DNA of 64,000 nt from a virus, in IMG/VR virus record IMGVR_UViG_3300036834_000189, positions 52,207 to 116,206 of that record. One strand, written 5' to 3'. Within the stretch, counting starts at the first letter, position 1; every line of letters starts with the position of its first letter. Both the position numbers and the translations under genes were made by a program. Under the pieces are notes generated by a model. The model was not told the DNA's origin and made no database searches. It worked only from the letters and a program-made list of their open reading frames with translations. Shown here one piece after another: positions 9,731 to 19,400 of this stretch.

Positions 9731-10633
9731 ATGCCGCAGTCCCGCTCGATCAACAACTACAAGCCGGCCATACCCTACGACTACATCGGTCTGCAGCCGT
9801 CGCACAAGCGGCTGGTCGACGAGTATCTGGTCGATTTGAACATTGCGCAGGCGGCGCAGCGCTGCAACATCAACCTGACGACCGCCGAGCACATCATCCG
9901 GCGTGACGACGTGCAGCGCGCGGTCAAGGAGCGCCGCACCTTTCTCGACAGTGGGCGTGCCCTCAAAGGCGCCAAGTTTGTGCTCGACAAGCTGTGGGAG
10001 GTGGCCACCGCCGACCCGCGCGATCTGGTGCAGATCTGGAAATTGCCGTGCCGCTTCTGCTGGGGATTGAACGGGCGCTACCAATTCACCAAAGCGGAGT
10101 TCGACCGGTTGTTGAAGGCGCATGAATACGGCTTGAGCGACCGCCCGTTCGACGCGTTGTGGCCGCGCTCCGACGCCGACCGCGCCGCCTGGGTGTGCGG
10201 CAAGAACCGGCTTGGTCTGGACACGCTCGGCGGCGACGGCTACACGACGCGCCGCGACCCCAACCCGAATTGCACCGAGTGCGCCGGTCAGGGGGTGACA
10301 ATCAACGTGACCGCGGACACCCGCAAACTGTCCAAGGGCGCCCAGGCGCTGTATCGCGGCGTCAAGCTCGACAAGCAGGGCCGGATCGAGGTCCTGATGG
10401 CCAACGCCGATATCGCCAACGGTTTGTTGGCCAAGCACTATGGGATCATCGACAAGCACAAGGCCGGGTCCGGGGAGAGCATGACGATCGATCCGTCGAC
10501 CTTGTCCGAGGAAGAACTGGCGCAGGCGATCACTCATCTGGAGCAGATGGTCGACGGCGAGTTCACGGTGATCGAGTCGGGTGCGCCGGTCGAGCAGATC
10601 GCACCACGCAAGCTCACTCGGCCGGTCGGATGA
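9731..10633 (+). CDS. terS: Terminase small subunit with zinc-ribbon insertion
   Basis: EYLVDLNIAQAA, ATADPRDL, CRFCWG...PNPNCTECAGQG, LYRGVK. Confidence 0.82.
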   Translation: MPQSRSINNYKPAIPYDYIGLQPSHKRLVDEYLVDLNIAQAAQRCNINLTTAEHIIRRDDVQRAVKERRTFLDSGRALKGAKFVLDKLWEVATADPRDLVQIWKLPCRFCWGLNGRYQFTKAEFDRLLKAHEYGLSDRPFDALWPRSDADRAAWVCGKNRLGLDTLGGDGYTTRRDPNPNCTECAGQGVTINVTADTRKLSKGAQALYRGVKLDKQGRIEVLMANADIANGLLAKHYGIIDKHKAGSGESMTIDPSTLSEEELAQAITHLEQMVDGEFTVIESGAPVEQIAPRKLTRPVG

Positions 10634-10845
10634 CCGACAGCAAGCTCGTCGAGCTTGACGGCAATCTCGATGTCGAGCGCCCGACCGCGCTGGCTTACCG
10701 GTTCTACGACGGGCGGGTGCACGTCTGGCTGCCGAAGTCGCTGTGCACATGGACGCCGGATCACGGGGCGGTCGACGAACTTGAAGGCGAATGCGGTACG
10801 ATGGAAGTGCCGGAGTGGCTCGCCCTCAGGGCGGGGCTTTTGTGA
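10630..10845 (+). CDS. Hypothetical phage protein
   Basis: VWLPKS...MEVPEWLA..GL; ATGA overlap. Confidence 0.65.
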   Translation: MTDSKLVELDGNLDVERPTALAYRFYDGRVHVWLPKSLCTWTPDHGAVDELEGECGTMEVPEWLALRAGLL

Positions 10846-11051
10846 TGCCTGACGATCCCGTCTCAGAGCCGCTGCTGCAATTCTTCCGCTACGAGCACCT
10901 GCGCCCGGAATTGCAGTCGATCAGCAAGGTGTTCGGCGATCTGGCGCACGACCTCGTCGTCGCGTTGCCGCGCAACCCCGAGCGCACGGTCTGCTTGCGC
11001 AAGCTATTAGAGGCAAAGGACTGCGCGGTGCGCGCCTTGCTGTTCAAGTAA
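10845..11051 (+). CDS. Small helical-hairpin protein, possibly Acb2/Tad1-like
   Basis: LQFFRYEHL...LPRNPERTVCLRKLLEAKDCAVRA. Confidence 0.55.
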   Translation: MPDDPVSEPLLQFFRYEHLRPELQSISKVFGDLAHDLVVALPRNPERTVCLRKLLEAKDCAVRALLFK

Positions 11052-11089
11052 GTCGAGTCGATCTGCCCCCGCATGCTCAGCGCCAGTGA

Positions 11090-11299
11090 GTGACTCGCAT
11101 GCCTGTTCCCCCCGACGGTTCGAAGAACCACCCGCTCTACGTGGTCACCACCACGGCTCCGGGCACCGCTCCGACAGTCCCGCCCGACGGGACAGCAGGC
11201 AACCCGCTGTATGTCGTGACCGTGGCCGCCCCGGCGGTTGCCGCCACGGCGCCTCCCGACGGCACCGCGGGCAACCCGCTGAATGTGACGCCGGGCTGA
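11090..11299 (+). CDS. Small protein with three PPDG(S/T)xxxPLxV repeats
   Basis: Internal repeats in DNA and protein. Confidence 0.5.
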   Translation: MTRMPVPPDGSKNHPLYVVTTTAPGTAPTVPPDGTAGNPLYVVTVAAPAVAATAPPDGTAGNPLNVTPG

Positions 11300-11336
11300 T
11301 GTCGGCACCGCGCATTGATACATAACAATCCAGAGA

Positions 11337-11495
11337 CGCGCGTGGGGAGTTAGCCTGGGACAAGCCGCGGGGCGCGGTCGTAGTTGCCCGCGCGGCCCGA
11401 GGCCCCGCAGGTCTCCCTGCGCGCTGCGGCGAAGGCCGCCCGATGGCCCTTTCGGCTTTGGCCGGGGTTATCTAGCCCTCGGGGCTCCACGCGTG
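11337..11495 (+). ncRNA. Candidate multi-hairpin structured RNA (or structured DNA element)
   Basis: 11-bp closing stem CGCGCGTGGGG/CTCCACGCGTG enclosing several hairpins in an ORF-free gap. Confidence 0.4.
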
Positions 11496-11549
11496 CCTAC
11501 GGGCTTCTACGGGGTTTTTGACGGCACAACAATAGATCGGGAGGGGCCG

Positions 11550-11996
11550 ATGCCGATGCCGCTGCGGGCGCTGTTGGGGCTGTGCATGCTGGCGGGGGTG
11601 ACATTGACCTACTGCAGCGCGCAGGCGGTTCCCCACCAGCCGCCGTGCGGCCATGGGCACCAACCACCCTGCCCACAACCACCACCCCCGCCACCCCCGC
11701 CACCCCCGCCGCCGCCGACGCCGACGCTGACCCTGACCTTTGCGCCACAGATGCCGGCGATCCCGGCGGACACGCCGCTGGGCACCACCGTCGCCACGGT
11801 CACCGCGGCGTGGAGCGACGGCTCGGCGTTTACCGGAACCCTGATGTTCGCCGCACCTTATGCCGATGACGGCGGCACCTTCGCGCTCAGCTGCATGCAG
11901 TGCGCGACCGCCAATATCATCGTCAGCCCGCTGGGGTTGGGGCTGAGCGGGGACGGCGGCACGGTGCAGTACCTCACCGTGTCCGCCACGCCGTGA
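11550..11996 (+). CDS. Exported protein: signal peptide, poly-Pro linker, beta-rich (cadherin/Ig-like) domain
   Basis: MPMPLRALLGLCMLAGV..AQA, poly-Pro run, PLGTTVATVTA. Confidence 0.6.
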   Translation: MPMPLRALLGLCMLAGVTLTYCSAQAVPHQPPCGHGHQPPCPQPPPPPPPPPPPPPTPTLTLTFAPQMPAIPADTPLGTTVATVTAAWSDGSAFTGTLMFAAPYADDGGTFALSCMQCATANIIVSPLGLGLSGDGGTVQYLTVSATP

Positions 11997-12139
11997 GAGG
12001 GATCAGGGAGGGCCGAGCCATGACGGACGGGGACGAGGCGGTTTTCGCCAATGGCGGACGCCGCCTATTGGGCGAAACCGGTTGCCCCTGTGCCGGTGGC
12101 TGGGGAGCGGCTTTCGCGCATCAGCGGGCTCCGTAGAGG

Positions 12140-13726
12140 ATGCCCATGGAACGCCCCGCCGCCGAGCGTTATCTGCTGACCCTGCAGGACCGTGTCTATC
12201 GCGACGCGCTCGGCGCGCGCCGAGCGCAGCCGCGCGCCGAGGATTGGGCGTACGACTACAGCGGTCGACCGACCGCGTTTCTCGGCGAGCTGATCGGGCC
12301 GCAGTGGCACGACGACGACTGGCTGGCGTGGCGGACCTTTATCAAGGCGGTGTTTGTCGAGCCGCTGACCACAGCCGGCGAGCATCGCATCTTCCAGCGC
12401 TGCACAAACCTGTCGACCCCGCCGACGACCAGACCGCCTTCGGTGTGGATGCCGATCGGTCGACGCGGCGGCAAGAGCCGCATCCTCGCCGCGATCGCGG
12501 TCTATCTGGCGATGTGCTTCGACTGGTCGCATTACCTCGACCCCGGCGAGATCGGCGTCATCCCGGTACTGGCGATGGACCGCCGCCAGGCGCGTACGAT
12601 CATGAGCTATGTCAAGGCGTTTGTGGCGCACGACAAATTGAAGGCGCGAGTGGTCGCCGAGTCGGCCGAGAGCATCGTGCTCAAAGGCAATCTGCTGATC
12701 GAGGTCGTCACGGCGTCGTTCCGCGCCGTGCGGTCGCGCACCGTGCTCGCCGCCTTGTGCGACGAGCTGGCGTTCTGGCGGAGCGAAGAGAGCAGCCTCA
12801 ACCCGGATCGCGAGATCATCGCGGCGCTCGAACCGGCGATGGCGACAATCCCCAACGCTCTCCTGCTCGGCGCGTCGTCGCCTTATGCCCGGCGCGGCGT
12901 GTTGTGGGAGAATTACGACCGGTACTATGGCAGGACCGGCGGCCCGCTGATCTGGAAGGCCGCGACACGGGTCATGAACCCGACCGTGCCGCAAGCCTTC
13001 ATCGACGCGAAATACGCCGAGGACCCGGTCGCGGCGCGCGCCGAATACGGCGCCGAGTTCCGTGTCGATGTCGACGCCTTCCTGACCCGCGAGGTCCTCG
13101 ACGACGCGGTCGTGCGCGAGGTCCGCGAGCTGCCGCCCATGCCGCAGACCATCAAGTACCGGGCATTTGTCGACCCCAGCGGCGGATCGAGCGACTCGAT
13201 GACCTTGGCGATCGGTCATGTCGACAAGGAATCGAAGCGCGGGGTCGTCGATGTGGTCCGCGAGCGCCGCCCGCCGTTCTCGCCCGAGGCGGTCGTCACC
13301 GAGTTCGCCGAGCTGCTGCGCCTGTACCGGGTGTTTCGCGTCAAGGGCGACCATTACGGCGGCGAGTGGCCGCGCGAGCGCTTCCGCATCGCCGGCATCG
13401 ATTACCAGGTCGCCGACAAGCGCAAATCCGACATCTATCTGGAGTTCCTGCCGCTGCTCAACGCCGGCCGTGTGCAGTTGATCGACGACCGCCGGCTCTA
13501 CGACCAATTGCTCACGCTGGAGCGGCGCACCGCGCGCGGCGGGCACGAATCGATCGACCACCCGCCGCACGCGCACGACGATCTGGCCAATGTCGTCGCC
13601 GGGGTCATCGTCGACTTGCTCGCCAAGCGTCAGATGCTCGATGTCGACCCGTCGGTGCTGGCGCGGTCCCTGGTGTTCAATCGGCCATCGCTGGACCGGC
13701 TCGCCGAGCCGGGTCCGCGATGGTAG
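12140..13726 (+). CDS. terL: Terminase large subunit
   Basis: GRRGGKS (Walker A), LCDELAFW (Walker B), ASSP, FVDPSGG, HDDLAN nuclease motifs. Confidence 0.92.
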   Translation: MPMERPAAERYLLTLQDRVYRDALGARRAQPRAEDWAYDYSGRPTAFLGELIGPQWHDDDWLAWRTFIKAVFVEPLTTAGEHRIFQRCTNLSTPPTTRPPSVWMPIGRRGGKSRILAAIAVYLAMCFDWSHYLDPGEIGVIPVLAMDRRQARTIMSYVKAFVAHDKLKARVVAESAESIVLKGNLLIEVVTASFRAVRSRTVLAALCDELAFWRSEESSLNPDREIIAALEPAMATIPNALLLGASSPYARRGVLWENYDRYYGRTGGPLIWKAATRVMNPTVPQAFIDAKYAEDPVAARAEYGAEFRVDVDAFLTREVLDDAVVREVRELPPMPQTIKYRAFVDPSGGSSDSMTLAIGHVDKESKRGVVDVVRERRPPFSPEAVVTEFAELLRLYRVFRVKGDHYGGEWPRERFRIAGIDYQVADKRKSDIYLEFLPLLNAGRVQLIDDRRLYDQLLTLERRTARGGHESIDHPPHAHDDLANVVAGVIVDLLAKRQMLDVDPSVLARSLVFNRPSLDRLAEPGPRW

Positions 13727-13946
13727 CAGGGAGGCGGCGGCATGTGGGGAGAAAGCCGGTACCAGGAGCTGGTCGACACTGTCAGGACACTGCTCCCGCT
13801 GCTCGAAGAGCGGTTGCGGGAGGGCGTGAAGGAGCGCCCGCTGCCGTTCGCGCTGCGTTTGCAATTGGAAGAACTGAGCGCTCTGGTGGGGACGCCGGGC
13901 ATGCGGTTGTGAGCTTCACCGATCGGGGCATGATCGTCGCCACCCA

Positions 13947-14414
13947 ATGAGTAGGGCGCCGTGGCGCGCCTCTGGCGTTCCGGGCATCTATATCGTGCCT
14001 GCCGGGGTGCACGTGCCTGAGCGATTTGCCGTCGGCTGCATGGTACACGGCGTCTGGACCCTGCTCGGGATTTTTCGCAATTGGGATGTTGCCGTGAGGG
14101 TGCGCCGCGCCACCCTGGACGAGTATCCGGGCAAAAAGGGACGCGGTTGCGTTTCTCGTGCGCGCGGCCTGACAAGGCCCTACCGGGCGTTTCTGCCGGG
14201 TGGAACGGCCCTTGGCTTCTTCACCACCGAGTGGCGCGCTCGGCGGGCCATTCGGGAATGCATCGAAGATCCAGCGGCAATCGCCAAGTATCGGCACAAT
14301 CACCGCGGGCCACGGCTGGCCGGGCACTTCTGTCCCGCGTGCGGCAACCGGGATAGGGAGGAGGACGGCGCGGTCGGTATTGGACCCAGTACGTCGGGCA
14401 TTGCCAGTGGGTGA
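13947..14414 (+). CDS. Hypothetical protein
   Basis: ORF only. Confidence 0.35.
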   Translation: MSRAPWRASGVPGIYIVPAGVHVPERFAVGCMVHGVWTLLGIFRNWDVAVRVRRATLDEYPGKKGRGCVSRARGLTRPYRAFLPGGTALGFFTTEWRARRAIRECIEDPAAIAKYRHNHRGPRLAGHFCPACGNRDREEDGAVGIGPSTSGIASG

Positions 14415-14426
14415 ACCAAGCGCGCT

Positions 14427-14924
14427 TCACTGCCGGGTGGTCAGCAGATCCATGAACCGACCTTCGAACATCATGGCGGGCGGCTGCGGCCGGCGGCGCA
14501 ATTCGCGGATCCTGCCCTTGTAGTCGCGCACCGTGTCGAAGCTGGCGAACAAGCTGCCGGTGCGGTCGCCGACGGTGATCTGGTAGCCCTCGGTGCGGCG
14601 GTCCTTGAGGAAGCCGCCGGTGCCCTCGCGCTGTGCGCGCTCGGCCTCCTCGGACTCGACCGTAGCCATCCAGCACGCCGTGATGACCGCGTAGCGCACC
14701 GCCTGGACCTTGACCAGCAGCGCGCGGAACAGCGCCATGGTGAGATCCTTCTCGAAGCCGCCGCCCAGCTGGATCGACTTGGGGTCGACGACGCTGGTCG
14801 CGCCGTCCGCGCCGTCCATGACGAACAGCGGCGGCAGATCCTTGCCCGCCGCCACTTTCCCGATCGCGCCTTGCAGATGGCGGCAATGAATTTCGAGATA
14901 CTGCTCCAGCGAGGGCTCGGTCAT
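14427..14924 (-). CDS. Hypothetical protein (minus-strand island 1)
   Basis: Codon pattern consistent with coding; last gene of the island. Confidence 0.65.
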   Translation of the reverse strand: MTEPSLEQYLEIHCRHLQGAIGKVAAGKDLPPLFVMDGADGATSVVDPKSIQLGGGFEKDLTMALFRALLVKVQAVRYAVITACWMATVESEEAERAQREGTGGFLKDRRTEGYQITVGDRTGSLFASFDTVRDYKGRIRELRRRPQPPAMMFEGRFMDLLTTRQ

Positions 14925-15044
14925 CAGAGGTCGTCCATCACAGTGGTTTCCTCGTGTCGTGCGGCGTGCTGCTGCCGTCGGCGGCGCATACGACCATGAC
15001 CTTGTGCTCGTCCATTTGCTGGCAACCCAGAGCGGTCGGCTCGG

Positions 15045-15242
15045 TCATTTCGCCCTCGCTGCCCGCTTGCGGAATTCGTAGATCGCACTTTCGAGCGAGC
15101 GTCGGGCGTCGCCCTCGGCGTAACCCTCTTCCCACGCGTCGACGACGGCAAGGTAACGATCCGCCGCCCGGGCGAGATATTCGCCGAACTCGATCGCGTA
15201 ATCCTTCGAGGTGCGCTCGGGAGTACGTGCGTCGTGCGTCAT
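15045..15242 (-). CDS. Hypothetical protein (island 1)
   Basis: AGGA RBS; tandem gene run. Confidence 0.55.
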   Translation of the reverse strand: MTHDARTPERTSKDYAIEFGEYLARAADRYLAVVDAWEEGYAEGDARRSLESAIYEFRKRAARAK

Positions 15243-15272
15243 GGCTTTGGGTTTCCTGGCCGTGCGGGTTCA

Positions 15273-15461
15273 CTATAACTTGTCGATCTGCGCCGCGGCA
15301 CGCTCCAGGATCCGCGCAATCCTGCTCCACACCCGGTGTGGGTCGCGATCCTGCCACGCGCTCTGCAGCACGCCAGCGCTCTCGTAATACTGCTCTGCGG
15401 CATGACGCAGGACCGCCGCGACCTTGTCCGGCGCGTCAACGTCGAGATCCAGGCTTTTCAT
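15273..15461 (-). CDS. Hypothetical protein (island 1)
   Basis: MKSLDLDVDAPDKVAAVLR. Confidence 0.55.
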   Translation of the reverse strand: MKSLDLDVDAPDKVAAVLRHAAEQYYESAGVLQSAWQDRDPHRVWSRIARILERAAAQIDKL

Positions 15462-15506
15462 AGCTGTTTCACTTCCAGATTTTGGGTCCATCACATTTGC
15501 CCCTTA

Positions 15507-15869
15507 TCAATACTCGCTGGGCAGCAGGATGGTGCCGCCAGTGAACCACAGAGTAATTCCTCCCTCCGGGAAGTCGGTGTAGTCGATCCGTTTCGACCAC
15601 ACCTTGTTGTCGTTGCCATCCTCGACAAACAGTTTGGCGGTACCGTTTTCCGCGACGACGAGTTTCCACACCTGGAATTCTTCACGGCGGATCTTTGGGC
15701 GGTGCTGGCCAAAGGCGATCTCGTCCAAGAGCCAGTAGGCGCCGGCCGTCTCGGCGACGTACTGCACGCCCTCGGTGTAGAGGACGTTGCGCGCGAGACC
15801 GTGGCGGAACCATTGCTCGGTGCCGGTGAATTGACCCAGCACGACCGGGTCGAGTTTGTGGTTGGTCAT
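15507..15869 (-). CDS. Conserved hypothetical protein (DUF6876-like)
   Basis: QFTGTE, YTEGVQYVAE, AYWLLDEI, FQVWKL, YTDFP, ILLPSEY; GGAG RBS. Confidence 0.75.
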   Translation of the reverse strand: MTNHKLDPVVLGQFTGTEQWFRHGLARNVLYTEGVQYVAETAGAYWLLDEIAFGQHRPKIRREEFQVWKLVVAENGTAKLFVEDGNDNKVWSKRIDYTDFPEGGITLWFTGGTILLPSEY

Positions 15870-15896
15870 TTCGGTCTCCGTGGAAGAGAGGGGCGC

Positions 15897-16103
15897 CTAG
15901 CGCGCCCCGTAGTGCAGTCGAATGCCGCGCGCGATCGCCGATTGGGTCGCGGCGTTCCATTGGTAGGCGCGGGCGTCCTGGACCATGTTGCGCATCGCGT
16001 CGTGCAGGCCTTCGTTGCCGAGCGTGCCGAGGAAGTTCTCGACGGCGATCTTGCGGACGCCTTTGCGGGTCGCGAGCTGCTCGATTTGTTCACTAGTGAT
16101 CAT
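15897..16103 (-). CDS. Hypothetical protein (island 1)
   Basis: GGAGAGAACCG-ATG leader. Confidence 0.65.
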   Translation of the reverse strand: MITSEQIEQLATRKGVRKIAVENFLGTLGNEGLHDAMRNMVQDARAYQWNAATQSAIARGIRLHYGAR

Positions 16104-16130
16104 CGGTTCTCTCCGTGGATCAAGAGGGGA

Positions 16131-16364
16131 TTAATAAAAGCACACGCCTTTGTCCCCGATGCTGACCGTGAGACCGCGCAGCGCCGCTTCCTGGTCGATG
16201 CCCTGCGTCGCAACGGTATCGCACCCTGCCGGCCAACGATCGATGAACCGGATGTAGATCCCGTCCCGCTCCTTACCCTCGACCCATACGGTCATGGGTT
16301 CGTGCCGAATATTGCGGGCAGTCAGCCAGAAGTCGAAGCTGCTCAACCTGGTGGGCGTCGTCAT
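16131..16364 (-). CDS. Hypothetical protein, first gene of island 1
   Basis: GGAGAGAACCG-ATG leader directly after the conserved promoter. Confidence 0.6.
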   Translation of the reverse strand: MTTPTRLSSFDFWLTARNIRHEPMTVWVEGKERDGIYIRFIDRWPAGCDTVATQGIDQEAALRGLTVSIGDKGVCFY

Positions 16365-16382
16365 CGGTTCTCTCCGGTCGGT

Positions 16383-16438
16383 GGTGGGGCTCGATTGCCC
16401 TACCCCTGCTTATATAGCGTGATTGACGAAAAAGTCAA
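16383..16438 (-). promoter_or_regulatory. Conserved sigma70-like promoter plus AAUCGA-loop leader hairpin, copy 1
   Basis: TTGACT-16nt-TATATA then GGGC-AATCGA-GCCC. Confidence 0.8.
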
Positions 16439-16446
16439 GCACTAAA

Positions 16447-19400
16447 ATGAGCGACACCAAAATCACCAATCTGCAGGAAGTCGCACGGACCGAGAAGCCG
16501 ATCTCGCGGATTCTCGACAGCGTCGTGGAGCACAGCGCGCGCAAGCCGCAGCCGTTCTCGGCGTACGACTTTGATCGTCTCAACCGGCTCTTTCCGCCGG
16601 TTGTCGAGAAGGCGGTACGCGACGCCGGCATCCCGACTCTGGCGCAAGACCAGACGGTCATGGGCACGTATGGCTGGGCGGCGCAGGATGTCATCTACTC
16701 GGCGTTCGCCGAGGGCGTGGTCTTCCTCGGCTACAGCTATCTCGCGACCTTGGCGCAGCGCGCCGAGTACCGCGTCGTCACCGAGACGATCGCGGGCGAG
16801 ATGACCCGCGAATGGATCGAACTCAAAGCCGCCAGCGGCGACGACAGCAAGCACGACCGGATCAAGGCGATCGAGGACCGGCTCGACGCGCTCGACGCCC
16901 GCAACTGCTTTCGCAAATGCGCCGAGAGCGACGGGTTCTTCGGCCGCGGGCATCTGTACCTCGACACCGGGATGACCGACGATTCCGAGGAACTGCTCAG
17001 CGATCTCGGCAGCGGCCGGTCGGTGATGAGCCAGACCAAGATCGGCCCCGACAAGAACCAGAAGCTGATCGGACTGCAGCCGGTCGAGGCGACCTGGGCG
17101 TACCCGACGCATTACGAGTCGGTGGACCCGCTCAAGCGCGATTGGTACAGCCCGACGACCTGGTACATCATGAGCCGCGAAATCCACAAATCGCGATTAT
17201 TGACATTTGTCAGCCGTGAAGTCCCCGACATCCTCAAGCCCGCCTACGCGTTTGGCGGATTGTCAATGTCGCAAATGCTCAAGCCCTACGTAGACAATTG
17301 GTTGAGGACCCGCCAGTCAGTCTCTGATCTGATCCAGAATTTCAGCCACAACGTGCTGCACACCAACATGGACGCCACGACCGCGGTCGGCGGCGACAAC
17401 ATGTTCGCCCGCGTGGCGCTGTTCAACAACATCAAGAACAACCAGGGCACCATCCTGGTCGACAAGGACGCCGAGGACTGGAGCAATGTCAGCGTGCCGC
17501 TCGGCGGGCTCGATCACCTGCAGGCGCAGGCGCAGGAGCACATGGCGGCGATCGCCCGCATCCCGCTGGTCAAACTGCTCGGCATCCAGCCGGCCGGTCT
17601 CAACGCCTCGTCGGAGGGCGAGCTGATCTCGTTCGAGGACTGGATCGCCGCGTTGCAGGAACTGCTGTTCCGCAAGCCGCTGACCTCGGTCATCGACTTT
17701 GTCCAGTTGTCGATGTGGGGCTTTATCGACCACGACATCACGTTCGACTTCGTGCCGCTGCGCCAGCTCAAGCCGCAAGAGCAGGCAGAATTGAGTTCGA
17801 CGGTCGCGCAGACCCGTGAACTCTACATGAACATGGGCGCGGTCGACGGCCAAGAGGTCCGTGAGGCGCTGGCGCAGGACGACGATGCGCCGTTCGCCGG
17901 TCTCGATTTGTCGCAGCCGCTGCCGCAGCCGCCGATGCCGCCGGGTGGAATGGGGGGACCCGGCGGCCCGGGTGGTCCTCCAGGCGGCGCGAAGCCCAAT
18001 GGCGCGGGCGGCCCGCCGATGCAGCCGCCGATGGGGGATACAAGGTCGCCCGCGCTGCCGTTTCCGACCGGTGCGCGCGATGTTGGGATAGCACGCGGGT
18101 TCGCGCACGACGCCGCGCTGCTGTCGCATGCGAGTGTCGCGTTCGAGCACCCGGCGCAAGGGGTCGACCACTGTGCGCAGTGCGGGCATTACCTCGGCGT
18201 CGACGACTGCGAGCTGGTGCGCCCGCCGGTCAAGCCGGCGGATTGGTGCGACCGGTTCACCGATGCCGAGGTCGAGGACGATGTCGAGGACGACGACTTC
18301 GCCGAGGACGCCGACTGGGATCCGCAGGAGCATCCGCAAAGCGCGAAGACCGGCCAGTTTATCGCGAAGGGCACCAGTGAAGGCGGTGGCGCGATCCCGG
18401 AGCCGCCGCAGATCCAGTCGCAGCACGCCGCGAACATCGGCAAGCAGAAGCACCTGGACGCATTGCACGCGCACGCCAAGGCGGGCGACTGGAGCAAGGT
18501 CGCGGCGTACCCGACACCGGGCACCAACACCTACGCGAAGAAGGTCCAGAAGTACAAGGCCGACCTGCTGAAGCTCGCGCCCAAAGGCGAGGGCGCGCCC
18601 AAAAGCGAGGAAGAAGCCGAAGCTTATAAACCCGAAGTGCCGGATTTTTACAAAAAGGATCTCGGCAAGCAGGGGTTCGGGTTTATGGGTGAGGGGTCGG
18701 GCGGCAGTCAGCTGTTCCAGGAACCAGCGACCCAGATTTCTGTGAAGGTCGAGCCCCCGGCGGCAGAGTCGGGCAACGCGACATGGTCGATCTTCGATAA
18801 AGCAGGCAAGGTAATCCAGGAGGGCGAGGCCGCTGGGCATCTGGAGTTCGCGGTTAAAAAGCACCTCGCCGCCGCCAAATCCGCTGGGCCGTCGCCCGAG
18901 CCCGCAGCCGCGCCTGAAGCCGCCAAAGTCACCTCCATGGAGGTGACCAAAACAGCCCAAGGCATGGGGTTTGAGGTAGCCGGTTACGGTGAAATGGTCA
19001 ACCCGGCCACCGGTCATGTTCTCAAGGTGGACCCCGGCGGTAAATGGACGATCAAGGAGAAGAACGGCGATCTCGAAGCAAAGGGCGACAGCTTTGCAGA
19101 ACTGAAGAGTGCCCTTGAATTTGGTGCGGTAAACGGTCCTGTCACTTGGGGATCACCAAAACTTGAAGCCGAAACCGAGGCTGCGACTAAAGAAGCCGCG
19201 TCCGTGGTCAAGCCCAAGGGCGCCAGCAAGATTTACTCGCACGAGACCGCCACGAAATGGGCCGCCGACCCGAAAGCCGTCTCCGAGCCCGCGCTTCGCT
19301 ACTCGAATGGCGACGCCACAAACGAGACCGAGACCTTGGTCATCGGTACCGGCGCCAAAAACCAGGGCAAGTGGCAGATCTGGAAGAAGGGCGAGGGGGT

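Noticed and set aside
12065-13950. Long alternative-frame and antisense ORFs (also 17317-19017, 52351-54252, 54903-56147)
   Set aside because: Shadow ORFs of high-GC coding sequence overlapping well-supported genes
16423-17900. TTG start at 16423 and an anti-CBASS Acb1 call for the N-terminal domain
   Set aside because: 16423 lies inside the divergent promoter, so ATG 16447 is preferred; the domain's sequence and position indicate portal, and no 2H-phosphoesterase HxT pair was seen
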